The notes under the pieces were generated by a model, which saw nothing but the letters and a program-made list of their open reading frames with translations, was not told the origin of the DNA and did not search any database. A program made the position numbers and the translations under genes. Below, piece after piece: positions 48,318-57,959 of a DNA stretch of 64,000 nucleotides; position 1 is the first letter of the stretch; each line of letters begins with the position of its first letter. Origin of the DNA: an uncultured Gammaproteobacteria bacterium (GTDB lineage: Bacteria; Patescibacteriota; Patescibacteriia; VMEV01; CAZAJQ01); contig CAZAJQ010000003.1 of assembly GCA_964485795.1 (NCBI GenBank), positions 68,940-132,939 of the forward strand. The letters run 5' to 3'.

Positions 48318-49592
48318 ATGATTCGAAATATTCTGCAACGCGTTTGGCGCATACCGGAGTTGCGCAAGAGCATTTTTTTTGTTTTTTGCATGCTCGTCAT
48401 CTTTCGGCTTGCGGCGCATATTCCCATACCGGGAGTGCATGAAGAAAACCTTCGTGATTTTTTTGCGAACAATCAATTCCTCGGCCTTGTCAATATTTTT
48501 TCGGGCGGAGGCATGGAAAATTTTTCCATCGTGGCTATGGGAGTGGCTCCCTATATTACGGCCTCCATTATTTTTCAGCTCTTGACCATGATTGTTCCCA
48601 AGCTTGAGGAACTTATGAAGGAAGGACCAAGCGGGCAAAAAAAGATTCAGAGGTATACGCGTTTTGCCGCCATACCGCTTTCTTTTTTACAGTCATTTGG
48701 ATTGATAAGCATTCTCAAACAGTCTTCTCGTCCGATTTTGGGGGATTTGTCGTCATTTGACTATTTTTCCATTATGCTTACCCTTTCGGCGGGTACGGTG
48801 TTTTTGATGTGGTTGGGTGAGATGATTTCCGAGAAAAACATCGGCAATGGCATTTCTTTTTTGATTTTTGCGGGGATTATCGCGTCGCTTCCGACGGCTG
48901 TACAAAACACGATTCTGAATTTTGACAATTCGCAAATTCTCAATATCGTTTTCTTTATTGCTTTGGCTGTTGTGACTATCGTGGGAGTCGTTTTTATTTC
49001 TGAAGCGCAGAGAAATATACCGGTATCATACGCTCGTGTCATGCGTGGTCAGGCTTTGGGAGGAGTTCATACGTATCTTCCCTTACGAGTCAATCAGGCC
49101 GGTGTCATTCCCATCATTTTTGCGGTTTCCATGATTCTTTTTCCACCCATGGTGGCTCAGTTTTTTTTACATGCTCGATCATCCTTGCTGGTAAAAGCCG
49201 CGGAATGGACCATCAGCATTTTTCAAGATCGTTGGGTGTACGGCATCCTCTATTTTGTTCTTGTTTTCGCTTTTACTTTCTTTTATACGGCCATCGTTTT
49301 TCGACCGGACGATATTGCTGAAAATTTGCAAAAGCAGGGTGGCTTCATGTCCGGTATTCGACCGGGGAAAGCCACGTCAGAATACTTGCAGTTTGTGTCT
49401 TCGAGAATTCTTCTTGCCGGCGCCTTATTTTTGTCCATTATCGCGATTCTCCCCTTGATCGTTGAGGGTGTGACGGGATTGACGACTTTGGCCATCGGAG
49501 GTACGAGTATGCTGATCGTCATATCCGTGGTGATCGAAATGGTGCAAAAGATTGACGCGCAGATTACCATGCGCGACTATGACGGCGTTTAA
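48318..49592 (+). CDS. secY: Preprotein translocase subunit SecY
   Basis: 10-TM protein with RKSIFFVFCMLVIFRLAAHIPIPGV, GMENFSIVAMGVAPYITASIIFQLLTMIVPKLEEL and GTSMLIVISVVIEMVQKI. Confidence 0.95.
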   Translation: MIRNILQRVWRIPELRKSIFFVFCMLVIFRLAAHIPIPGVHEENLRDFFANNQFLGLVNIFSGGGMENFSIVAMGVAPYITASIIFQLLTMIVPKLEELMKEGPSGQKKIQRYTRFAAIPLSFLQSFGLISILKQSSRPILGDLSSFDYFSIMLTLSAGTVFLMWLGEMISEKNIGNGISFLIFAGIIASLPTAVQNTILNFDNSQILNIVFFIALAVVTIVGVVFISEAQRNIPVSYARVMRGQALGGVHTYLPLRVNQAGVIPIIFAVSMILFPPMVAQFFLHARSSLLVKAAEWTISIFQDRWVYGILYFVLVFAFTFFYTAIVFRPDDIAENLQKQGGFMSGIRPGKATSEYLQFVSSRILLAGALFLSIIAILPLIVEGVTGLTTLAIGGTSMLIVISVVIEMVQKIDAQITMRDYDGV

Positions 49593-49695
49593 AGGCGTCG
49601 CGATTCATCTGGATATGAAGGCGTCGGAGCGAAGAAATACAAAAGAAACGTTGGAGCGTTTTCTTTTTTTTGATATTATAAAGCATTGAGATCGT

Positions 49696-50394
49696 GTGTG
49701 TTTTCATTGCTTGATGTCTATGAATATTTTGCAAAAAGTTCCTTCCGTCGTTATTCTTTTGGGAGCCGCGGGCAGCGGAAAGGGAACGCAGGCCGAGTTT
49801 TTGCGGGATGAGCTCCACCTGCATTTTATAGAAACCGGAAGGATCATACGGGATCGTATGATGGCAGAAGACGAATTCGGGAAAAAAATGCGGGGTATCG
49901 TCGAAAAAGGTGGACATCTTTCCGATGCAGACGTCAGCGCCATAGTTTTTGAAGCTTTTGACGGTGTTTCTCCATCGGAAAACATTCTTTTGGACGGATT
50001 TCCGAGAAGCATCGGGCAGGCTCGCAATCTGGAGCAAATTTTGACATCGCATGGACGTGACCCGAAACATATCATACCCGTGTATATTCGCGTTGATTTA
50101 GAAATGGCGAAGCAGAGACTTTTACAACGCGGTATTTGTTCAAAATGTAAGATGGTTTTTATGTCGCGGAGCATGACTCTCTGTCCGCATTGCGGAGGCG
50201 AAATTACGAAGCGCAAGGATGACACTCCTCTGGCGATTGCCAATCGGTTGCAATGGTTTATCGACCATATCATGCCGGCCATTGAATTTTACAGAACCAA
50301 GGAGAAGTTCATGGAAGTTGACGGCAATCAATCCGTCGAACGGGTGCATGAGGATATTGTGCGTTTTGTTCAAACAGCCATGAAGGTTGCATAA
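49696..50394 (+). CDS. adk: Adenylate kinase, with a zinc-binding lid
   Basis: P-loop ILLGAAGSGKGTQA, then LLDGFPRSIGQA, and a Cys4 lid (CSKC...CPHC). The probable start is the internal Met, around 49714-49720. Confidence 0.9.
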   Translation: MCFHCLMSMNILQKVPSVVILLGAAGSGKGTQAEFLRDELHLHFIETGRIIRDRMMAEDEFGKKMRGIVEKGGHLSDADVSAIVFEAFDGVSPSENILLDGFPRSIGQARNLEQILTSHGRDPKHIIPVYIRVDLEMAKQRLLQRGICSKCKMVFMSRSMTLCPHCGGEITKRKDDTPLAIANRLQWFIDHIMPAIEFYRTKEKFMEVDGNQSVERVHEDIVRFVQTAMKVA

Positions 50395-50447
50395 AAAAAG
50401 ATGCGTCAACCGTCTTCTTCATTTTTATAGGATATGAATAATGAAAA

Positions 50448-51248
50448 GTGCCTATGATCATTTATAAAACTCCGGAAGAAATAGCCATGATCGAAAAAAG
50501 CGGACGAATCTTATCAAAAGCTCTGCAAACCGTGATGGAATATGCCAAGGCCGGTGCGGATATCGGAGATCTGGACGCTTTGGCGGAAAAAACGATCCGA
50601 TCGTTGGGAGGCGTTCCGGCATTCAAAGGGTATCAGTCGCATCCTGACGATCCGCCGTTTCCCTCAAGTCTTTGCGCATCGGTCAATGAGGAGGTGGTGC
50701 ATGCGCCGGCTTTGAAAGGACGCATTTTGCGCGAAGGGGATATCGTCGGTTTGGATTTGGGCGTGAATTATCAAGGATTTTTTTCGGATATGGCCGTAAC
50801 GATCCCGATCGGAAATGTTTCGGATGACGCCAAACGTTTGCTCGAAGTGACTCGGAATGCATTGTATCGTGGCATCGAGCAGGTGAAAATCGGCAATCAT
50901 ATCCATGACATTTCTTTCGCCGTTCAGCAGTTTGTCGAAGCTGCGGGTTTTTCCGTCGTGAGGGATTTGGTGGGACATGGCGTCGGAAAGTCCGTTCATG
51001 AAGAACCCAAAATTCCGAATTTCGTTTCTCGCCAGTTTCCGAAGGTGGAAATTTCCGCGGGTATGGTTTTGGCCATTGAACCGATGGTCAATGCCGGCGG
51101 CGCCGGAGTGAGCGTTTTGGAAGACGGGTGGACGGTTGCAACCAAGGATAAAAGATTGTCGGCTCATTTTGAACATACCGTGGCCGTGACTTCGGAAGGG
51201 TGTAAGATTTTGACGGAGTTTGAAGGCATTGAGAAGGGTGGAAAATAA
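50448..51248 (+). CDS. map: Methionine aminopeptidase, type I
   Basis: IYKTPEEIAMIEKSGRI...GDIVGLDLGVNYQGFFSDMAVT...HGVGKSVHEEP...AIEPMVNAG. Confidence 0.93.
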   Translation: MPMIIYKTPEEIAMIEKSGRILSKALQTVMEYAKAGADIGDLDALAEKTIRSLGGVPAFKGYQSHPDDPPFPSSLCASVNEEVVHAPALKGRILREGDIVGLDLGVNYQGFFSDMAVTIPIGNVSDDAKRLLEVTRNALYRGIEQVKIGNHIHDISFAVQQFVEAAGFSVVRDLVGHGVGKSVHEEPKIPNFVSRQFPKVEISAGMVLAIEPMVNAGGAGVSVLEDGWTVATKDKRLSAHFEHTVAVTSEGCKILTEFEGIEKGGK

Positions 51249-51278
51249 TGTCATAGCTCAGAGGACGTCAAGAAAATT

Positions 51279-51686
51279 TTGTCTATGTTCGACATTCTCA
51301 GCATTGATTTTGGCACGAAACATATCGGGCTTGCTTTGGGAGACAGCGAGACGAGTATGGTGACTCCTTTGCCGGCGATTCCTTCGGATGAGCATGTATT
51401 TGAGCATCTCCGTGCACTGATTAAGGAACACGAATGCTCCGCTTTGGTCGTCGGAAAACCGGTTTCTTTGCAAAGCGATGACACGGAAATGACTCGCAAG
51501 GTGGAGCAGTGGGTGATAATGCTCAAACGGAATTTTTCGCTTCCGGTGCACTGGGAAGATGAGCGGCTTACCACGGCTTTGGCTTCCAAAATGCAAAAGG
51601 AGCTGCAAACATCATCCGCTGATCGCGATTCGATTGCCGCGATGCTCATTGCCCAGAGTTATATCGCAAGACAAAAAAAACGATGA
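51279..51686 (+). CDS. ruvX: Putative pre-16S rRNA nuclease / Holliday-junction resolvase-like YqgF (RuvX)
   Basis: ILSIDFGTKHIGLALGD...ALVVGKPVSLQSDDTEMTRKVEQWV...DERLTTALA, the RNase H-like YqgF pattern. Confidence 0.8.
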   Translation: MSMFDILSIDFGTKHIGLALGDSETSMVTPLPAIPSDEHVFEHLRALIKEHECSALVVGKPVSLQSDDTEMTRKVEQWVIMLKRNFSLPVHWEDERLTTALASKMQKELQTSSADRDSIAAMLIAQSYIARQKKR

Positions 51687-51696
51687 TAGGAAAGCT

Positions 51697-52434
51697 ATGC
51701 ATCTTTGTACACAAGCGATGATTTTGAAAAAAAAAGACGTATTCGAAAGGGATCGTCTGTATACGATGTTTGCCAGATCGCTTGGAAAAATACAGGTGCT
51801 TGCGCGAGGGGTTCGAAAACGCGAGAGTAAGCTCTCTCCTTTTTTGCAGGAAATGGCGCTCCTCGATATTGCTGTTGTCCGTCGAAAGAATCAAGGTATG
51901 CTGCTCACCGAAGTGATGATTCGGAACAATTGCCATGATACGAAACGAGATATACGAAAGATCGCTCTTTCCCAGTACTGTTGCGAAGCCGCCGAGAAAA
52001 TGACGGTATGGCACGTGCCCGAAGCCAATGTTTTTGAAACTCTGTGGGATGTATTGCGATACATTGACCGTATTCCGAAGCAAGCGAATTTTGTCATGCA
52101 CCAGTTGCAGGCAAGGGTATTTGTATGGAAATTGACGGAGCATCTCGGTTTTTCCCCGCCACTTGGAAGGTGTGCGGAATGCAAATCCTCATTTTCGGAG
52201 CGTGATTTCTATTTGGATGTGAAACAAAACAGTGTTTTATGCGAGCAACATCGATCCGATGAAGGGATCCCATTTGAGCATTCGCTGTATGCGAGCATGA
52301 TGAATGATCAAAGATTCACCAAGGATGCCATGCACAAGCGTTATCCGAAAAAAATACGATTGCTTGCCGATGCCATTGACGCAATGGTGGAAAAAAATAT
52401 GGAATTTCCTTTGCAATCCTCCCAATGGATATAA
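51697..52434 (+). CDS. recO: DNA repair protein RecO
   Basis: N-terminal OB-fold (ILKKKDVFERDRLYTMFARSLGKIQVLARGVRKRESKL) and a C-terminal Cys4 zinc motif (CAECKSS...LCEQH). The track ORF (51559..) overlaps ruvX. The first Met after the ruvX stop is at 51697. Confidence 0.7.
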   Translation: MHLCTQAMILKKKDVFERDRLYTMFARSLGKIQVLARGVRKRESKLSPFLQEMALLDIAVVRRKNQGMLLTEVMIRNNCHDTKRDIRKIALSQYCCEAAEKMTVWHVPEANVFETLWDVLRYIDRIPKQANFVMHQLQARVFVWKLTEHLGFSPPLGRCAECKSSFSERDFYLDVKQNSVLCEQHRSDEGIPFEHSLYASMMNDQRFTKDAMHKRYPKKIRLLADAIDAMVEKNMEFPLQSSQWI

Positions 52435-52479
52435 ACGTCAAGAGAAAACGTATTTTTTTCAGAGCAAATAAGATTATTT

Positions 52480-53808
52480 TTGATGATGGATATTTTTATG
52501 AGTCATACCATTTTCTTATCGAATATTTCTTCTTTCGTGGGGCAAGAGGTTGCGTTGCGAGGATGGGTGTCCAATTTCCGTTCGAGCGGAAAAATATTTT
52601 TTTTGCAATTTCGCGACGGAACCGGAACTATACAGGCCGTGGTGAGCAAGGATGCCGTATCCGAGCAAGCATGGGCATCGTTGCAGGACATGGGTTTGGA
52701 ATCATCGGTCGAATTGGCGGGCATGGTGAAGCGCGATGACCGCGCGGAAAGCGGTTTTGAGCTGGAAGCAAGGCAGGTTCGTATCGTTCAGAATGCCAAG
52801 GACTATCCCATCTCAAAGAAAGAGCATGGTCCGGATTTTCTCCTCGATCATCGGCATCTCTGGATTCGATCCAAAAGACAGTGGGCCATACTGCGCATTC
52901 GGCACACGATCATCTATGCCCTGTATGATTTTTTACGCGAACAGCAATTCATGCGTTTTGACACCCCGGTTTTGACGCCCAATGCTTGTGAAGGAACCAC
53001 CGAACTTTTTGAAGTGGATTATTTCGGGAATCCTTCGTATCTTTCTCAGAGCGGACAATTGTATTTGGAGTCCGCGATCATGAGTTTTGGACGGGCGTAT
53101 GATTTTGGACCGGTGTTTCGCGCGGAAAAATCAAAAACAAGGAGGCACCTTATCGAATTTTGGATGCTGGACGCCGAGATGGCTTACGCGGACTGTGAAG
53201 AGAACATGAATATTCAGGAACGATTAGTCACGTATGTTGTTTCCGAGGTATTGAAAAAAAATAGACTGGAGCTTGCGATTTTGGAGAGAGATACGGCAAT
53301 GCTTGAAAAGGTTACGCCGCCATTTTATAAAAAGACGTACACCGAAGTCGTGAAGGAATTGCAAAGCATGGGTTCGGAAATACATCTCGGCGATGATCTT
53401 GGCGCGGCCGATGAGACCATGCTCACCGTGAAATATGATAAGCCCGTCTTTGTGAAAGAATATCCGCGAGCCATCAAAGCGTTTTATATGAAAAAAGCCG
53501 ATGCAAAGCCCGATGATCAGGGTATGGAGTTTGTCAAAAACAACGATCTCTTGGCTCCGGAAGGATATGGGGAAATTATCGGAGGCTCGGAAAGGGAAGA
53601 CCGTTATGAGGTGCTTTTGGAATCCATACAAAGGGAAAAACTGCCGATAGCCGATTTTCAATGGTACCTCGATTTGAGAAAGTACGGATCCGTGCCCCAT
53701 TCCGGATTCGGCGTGGGATTGGAGAGGCTGGTGACGTGGATTTGCGGCTTGAAACATGTGAGAGAGTCCATTCCTTTTCCGCGGCTTATCAACCGCTATA
53801 AACCTTAA
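52480..53808 (+). CDS. asnS: Class IIb aminoacyl-tRNA synthetase, probable asparaginyl-tRNA synthetase
   Basis: N-terminal OB anticodon-binding domain (VALRGWVSNFRSSGKIFFLQFRDGTG), class II motifs 1-3 and a C-terminal HSGFGVGLERLV...IPFPR (AsnRS-like GFG). The Asn-versus-Asp assignment is tentative. Confidence 0.65.
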   Translation: MMMDIFMSHTIFLSNISSFVGQEVALRGWVSNFRSSGKIFFLQFRDGTGTIQAVVSKDAVSEQAWASLQDMGLESSVELAGMVKRDDRAESGFELEARQVRIVQNAKDYPISKKEHGPDFLLDHRHLWIRSKRQWAILRIRHTIIYALYDFLREQQFMRFDTPVLTPNACEGTTELFEVDYFGNPSYLSQSGQLYLESAIMSFGRAYDFGPVFRAEKSKTRRHLIEFWMLDAEMAYADCEENMNIQERLVTYVVSEVLKKNRLELAILERDTAMLEKVTPPFYKKTYTEVVKELQSMGSEIHLGDDLGAADETMLTVKYDKPVFVKEYPRAIKAFYMKKADAKPDDQGMEFVKNNDLLAPEGYGEIIGGSEREDRYEVLLESIQREKLPIADFQWYLDLRKYGSVPHSGFGVGLERLVTWICGLKHVRESIPFPRLINRYKP

Positions 53809-53818
53809 CTCAACTTTT

Positions 53819-55147
53819 ATGCGTATCATGAACGAACAGGTCATGGAAAAGATCGGACAAAGCATCGCGGTTGCAGGCTGGGTGAGCGCTGCTAGGAAAA
53901 TGGGGAAAGTCGTTTTTTTGGACATTACCGATCGTTCCGGCAAGCTTCAAATCGTTTGCATTCCCGCGGAAATGGACGAAAGCAAGGATAGGCTTTCTTC
54001 GATAAAGTCGCATACCGTGATAGAAGTGTTTGGAATTGTGCAAAAACGCGATCAAAAACAAGTGAACGCGAAAATATCCACCGGATCCGTCGAACTTTTG
54101 GCAAAAAGCGTAAAAATTCTCTCACATTCCGAAGGGTTGCCTTTTGATATTGACGATAAGCTGAATTTGGAAACCTATTTGGATTTCATGCCCATTACCT
54201 TGCGATCGGATCGAGCCAAAGCCGTGTTTTCCGTTCAGACCGAAATCGTCCACGCATTTCGCGAATTTTTGCGCCATGAAAAGTTTATGGAGTTTCAGGC
54301 ACCCAAGATTGTGGCGCAGGCGGCCGAGGGTGGAGCCAATGTCTATAAGCTCGATTATTTCGGACACAACGCTTTTTTGGCGCAAAGTCCGCAGATTTAC
54401 AAGCAAATCATGGTGGGGGTCTATGAGCGAGTGTTTACGATCGGCAATGTTTATCGAGCCGAACCCCATGCCACTTCTCGGCACCTCAACGAATATACGA
54501 GCATGGACTTGGAATTTGGTTTCATCAAGGATCATACCGACGTGATGAAGCTTGAAAATCGGCTGCTTTCCTTCATATCCCAGCATTTGCAAAAAACATG
54601 TTCTCGGGAATTTTCCATGTTTGAAGCGAGTATCCCAGCCGTACCCCAAGAAATACCCTCGCTCAAGCTCAAGGAAGCGCAAGAGATCATCAAAAAAGAG
54701 TATGGTGAGGATTGCACGAGTGAACCCGATTTGGAGCCGCATCAGGAAATGTTCATCGCCGATTTCATCAAAAAAACTCGAAATTCGGAGTTTGTTTTCA
54801 TCACTCATTACCCGACTTCCAAGCGTCCGTTTTATACGTATCCGGATGAAGCCGATCCCGAGTATACGAAAAGTTTTGACCTTTTGTTCCGTGGCTTGGA
54901 AATCACCACCGGAGGGCAGAGAATCCATGAGTATGAACAGCTTTTGGCAAATTTGAAAAAGTGGAATTACAATCCCGTACATTTTGAATTCATGCTGCAG
55001 TGTTTTCGATATGGAATGCCTCCCGAAGGCGGATTGGCGATAGGGCTGGAGCGGTTGACCGCGAAATACTTGGGTATTGACAATGTCAAATGGGCGACGC
55101 TTTTTCCGAGGGATTTGAATCGAATCGATACCAAACTTTCGCAATAA
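53819..55147 (+). CDS. aspS: Class IIb aminoacyl-tRNA synthetase, probable archaeal/eukaryotic-type aspartyl-tRNA synthetase
   Basis: OB domain (IAVAGWVSAARKMGKVVFLDITDRSG). At 442 aa it is much shorter than the bacterial-type AspRS. The C-terminus (PEGGLAIGLERLTAKYLGIDNVKWATLFPRDLNRI) resembles the archaeal AspRS ending (GLERF...FPRDRKRLTP). Confidence 0.65.
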   Translation: MRIMNEQVMEKIGQSIAVAGWVSAARKMGKVVFLDITDRSGKLQIVCIPAEMDESKDRLSSIKSHTVIEVFGIVQKRDQKQVNAKISTGSVELLAKSVKILSHSEGLPFDIDDKLNLETYLDFMPITLRSDRAKAVFSVQTEIVHAFREFLRHEKFMEFQAPKIVAQAAEGGANVYKLDYFGHNAFLAQSPQIYKQIMVGVYERVFTIGNVYRAEPHATSRHLNEYTSMDLEFGFIKDHTDVMKLENRLLSFISQHLQKTCSREFSMFEASIPAVPQEIPSLKLKEAQEIIKKEYGEDCTSEPDLEPHQEMFIADFIKKTRNSEFVFITHYPTSKRPFYTYPDEADPEYTKSFDLLFRGLEITTGGQRIHEYEQLLANLKKWNYNPVHFEFMLQCFRYGMPPEGGLAIGLERLTAKYLGIDNVKWATLFPRDLNRIDTKLSQ

Positions 55148-55172
55148 TGCCTTTTTTTCTGATCGTGCGAAC

Positions 55173-55934
55173 ATGCGTCGTGAATCGATGAGCAAGCCAA
55201 GAGATTTTGTCAAAAAAACATGCATAGCGCTTTGTCATATCGGGTTGCTCTGGATGTCTTCGCAGGACCGTTTTCTCTTTCTTCAACTGCTTGATGAAAA
55301 GAAACTCCGCATTGACGCCATTTCACTTGCGCAGGTGACGGATCAATATTTGGAAACCATCCGAAGTCATTGCATTGACCCCGATGAGATAGCATCGTTT
55401 CTTTCGGTGGCATCTTCCTTGATTCTCAAAAAATCGAGATTATTGATTCCCGAGCAAGTTGACGATATTTTGGACGATGTTTCACTGGAAGCGCGACTCA
55501 TGCTGTACCGCGAATTTTCACAATCCGCCAAAAAAATTTTAAGCATCATTCGTAAGCATTCAACCGCGTATCAAGCAAATGGAACGTTTACTCTTCAGAC
55601 AAAAGAACGGATGGCGCCGAAAAACATGACGGAAGAATCGCTTTCAGATGCGTTTTTTGAAGTTATGCGTCGGAATTTTTATCTCTCACGACCTTCACAA
55701 GCGTATTTGAAAAATCATGTTTCTCTCATTGAAAAAGTGACGATGCTAAAGGATTCGCTTCTCAAAAGGCATTCTCTTCTATTTTCCGAATTTACCCGAG
55801 CATCGTCACGCGAGGAGGTGATTCTTTATTTTTTGGCGCTTATGGAGATGATGAAGATGCCGTTGTTTCATGTTTCGCAACGGGCGAATTTTCAGGAGAT
55901 CTCTTTGAACTATGACCATCGAAAAAAACTGTGA
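55173..55934 (+). CDS. scpA: Segregation and condensation protein A (tentative)
   Basis: C-terminal SREEVILYFLALMEMMK...V.Q...FQEISL matches the ScpA winged-helix end. Its position directly upstream of and overlapping scpB supports the call. Confidence 0.6.
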   Translation: MRRESMSKPRDFVKKTCIALCHIGLLWMSSQDRFLFLQLLDEKKLRIDAISLAQVTDQYLETIRSHCIDPDEIASFLSVASSLILKKSRLLIPEQVDDILDDVSLEARLMLYREFSQSAKKILSIIRKHSTAYQANGTFTLQTKERMAPKNMTEESLSDAFFEVMRRNFYLSRPSQAYLKNHVSLIEKVTMLKDSLLKRHSLLFSEFTRASSREEVILYFLALMEMMKMPLFHVSQRANFQEISLNYDHRKKL

Positions 55935-56478
55935 TAAATTTCAAAAAGATCGAGCCATGGTCGAAAGTCTGATTTTCGTTTCAGGAGGAGATTGCCCGAT
56001 GCAAAAAATTTCCGATGCCGCCATGATATCCATCGATCGAGTCAGAGAAATCGTTTGTTTTTTGCAAAAAGAATGTGAAGATCAATGTCGCGGGTTGAGA
56101 TTGATGATTCATGATGAGAACGTTTCAATGGTAACCGATCCGGAATGCGCCGAAACGGTGAGAAAGTTTTTGAAGAGAAAAACTGAGCAGGAATTGTCGC
56201 GAGCTCAGCTTGAAACGTTGGCGATCATCGCGTATCGTAAAAACATCACCAAACCCTCGCTTGAGATCATGCGAGGAGTGAATTGCAGCCAGGTTCTCGC
56301 TCATCTGCTCATTGCCGGCTATATCGTCGAAAGCGAAGATGCCAAAACGCAAATAAAATCGTATGATATAACGGTGGAATTTTTGAAATATCTCGGAGTC
56401 ATGAAGCGGGAAGATTTGCCGAATTTTGAAACATTGTCGAAAAAAACGATTCCATACGATGCAAAATCTCATGAGTGA
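55912..56478 (+). CDS. scpB: Segregation and condensation protein B
   Basis: VESLIFVSGG...LSRAQLETLAIIAYRKNITKPSLEIMRGVNCSQVLAHLLIAGYIVE, the tandem winged-helix ScpB pattern. The start may be the internal Met, around 55957. Confidence 0.75.
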   Translation: MTIEKNCDKFQKDRAMVESLIFVSGGDCPMQKISDAAMISIDRVREIVCFLQKECEDQCRGLRLMIHDENVSMVTDPECAETVRKFLKRKTEQELSRAQLETLAIIAYRKNITKPSLEIMRGVNCSQVLAHLLIAGYIVESEDAKTQIKSYDITVEFLKYLGVMKREDLPNFETLSKKTIPYDAKSHE

Positions 56479-56484
56479 TGAGCT

Positions 56485-57447
56485 TTGTTTATATTTTATG
56501 AGTTTATGATATTGAGCCTTTTGTTCCAATTTTTTTTGTATTCGACGTCGCTGCCGCATCATTCCGAAAACGCGGCTATGAATTTTTTATCTCGATTGCC
56601 ACTCGCGGTCGAAAAATTTGATGAACGCGTTGATGTTTCCGAGGTACGTCAAAGAAAGCCATACAAGGATACGACGGACAGCCTCGGAGTCGTTGTTTCC
56701 GCGTCTTCGGCCATAGCCGTTGATGCGCAAAGCGGCGAAATTCTTTTTTTGAAAAACAGCGATGCGGTCGTTTCGATCGCAAGCATCACGAAACTCATGA
56801 CGGCCTTGGTGCTCGTGGATTCCGTGTCGGATTGGAGTCGGCGAGTGACCATGTCCAAGGATGATGAGACCTCCATGAGCTCAAAAAAGATTTACCGCGG
56901 AGACGAAGTCACCATGAATGATCTCTTCATCGCTTCATTGGCCGGATCCGACAACGATTCCACAAAAGCGCTGGTAAGAGCAACCGGCATGTCGGAGACG
57001 GAGTTTGTCGCGGCCATGAACGCCAAAGCGCAGTCGCTTCACATGCAGCATACGACGTTTTATGATCCTACAGGGCTTGATAGTGGAAATGTATCGACCG
57101 TGTACGATCTCGTGTATTTGATCAAAGCGGCTTTGAGTCTTCAAAAGATCAGAAATATCACCACGTCAAGCGTGCATGAATTGACTACCGTGAAGGGTAA
57201 TGTCCGCAGGATCGACAATACCGATAAGCTTTTGGAAAGCTTTGTGAATCAGTACCCCTACAAGATCATCGGCGGAAAAACCGGTTATTTGCCGGACGCC
57301 GGTTACTGCTTCTCGGCATGGATACGCAACGAGACCAAAAAAGCGGAGATCATCACGATAGCTTTAAACAGTCAAAGCATGGACAGCAGATTTCAAGATG
57401 TCAAAGCCATGAGCGTTTGGATTTTTGAAAATTTCACTTGGAAATGA
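56485..57447 (+). CDS. D-alanyl-D-alanine carboxypeptidase (peptidase S11, PBP5/DacA-like)
   Basis: SxxK motif (SIASITKLMT), SxN motif (AGSDNDSTKAL) and KTG motif (GGKTGYLPDAG), plus an N-terminal signal/TM region. Confidence 0.7.
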   Translation: MFIFYEFMILSLLFQFFLYSTSLPHHSENAAMNFLSRLPLAVEKFDERVDVSEVRQRKPYKDTTDSLGVVVSASSAIAVDAQSGEILFLKNSDAVVSIASITKLMTALVLVDSVSDWSRRVTMSKDDETSMSSKKIYRGDEVTMNDLFIASLAGSDNDSTKALVRATGMSETEFVAAMNAKAQSLHMQHTTFYDPTGLDSGNVSTVYDLVYLIKAALSLQKIRNITTSSVHELTTVKGNVRRIDNTDKLLESFVNQYPYKIIGGKTGYLPDAGYCFSAWIRNETKKAEIITIALNSQSMDSRFQDVKAMSVWIFENFTWK

Positions 57448-57450
57448 TGT

Positions 57451-57936
57451 ATGGATATCGTCGCATTATTTAAAAATATTCCCGGAGAATGGGCGGTTTT
57501 TTTTATGGCGATGCTTCCCGTAGCCGAGGTTCGCGTCGCTTTACCGGTGGCTTTGACCGTGTATGATATGCCGCTCGCGTCGGCATTGATCATTTCGATA
57601 ATTGGAAATCTTTTTCCGGTCGTTTTTATTTTGCTTTTTTTGGATCGCGTATCACGGTTTTTGAGCGAAAAATCATTGATGATGAAATCGTTTTTTGAAA
57701 AATTGTTTTCAAAAACGAAAATCAAATACGCCGCTCAAATGCAAACATGGGGAGAAATCGCTTTGATAACTTTCGTCGCGATTCCATTGCCTTTCACGGG
57801 AGCTTGGACCGGCGCGCTGATTGCGTTTCTCATGGGATTTTCATTTTGGAAATCACTTTTTTCTTTGGCTGCCGGAGTGTGCATCGCTGCCTTGATAGTG
57901 CTGTTATCAATACACGGAATCGTATCATTTTTTTAA
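57451..57936 (+). CDS. Small polytopic membrane protein (COG2426-like 'small multidrug export' family, tentative)
   Basis: Four TM helices and no catalytic motif. Confidence 0.35.
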   Translation: MDIVALFKNIPGEWAVFFMAMLPVAEVRVALPVALTVYDMPLASALIISIIGNLFPVVFILLFLDRVSRFLSEKSLMMKSFFEKLFSKTKIKYAAQMQTWGEIALITFVAIPLPFTGAWTGALIAFLMGFSFWKSLFSLAAGVCIAALIVLLSIHGIVSFF

Positions 57937-57959
57937 ACATGCTGTGATATACTACGTTT

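Noticed and set aside
51559-51696. N-terminal 46 codons of track ORF 51559..52434 overlapping ruvX
   Set aside because: The overlap is in a different frame from ruvX and carries no RecO similarity. recO most likely starts at the Met at 51697, just after the ruvX stop.
53224-55225. Minus-strand ORFs of 239 aa (53224..53943) and 367 aa (54122..55225)
   Set aside because: Antisense to the two class IIb aminoacyl-tRNA synthetase genes. Shadow ORFs.
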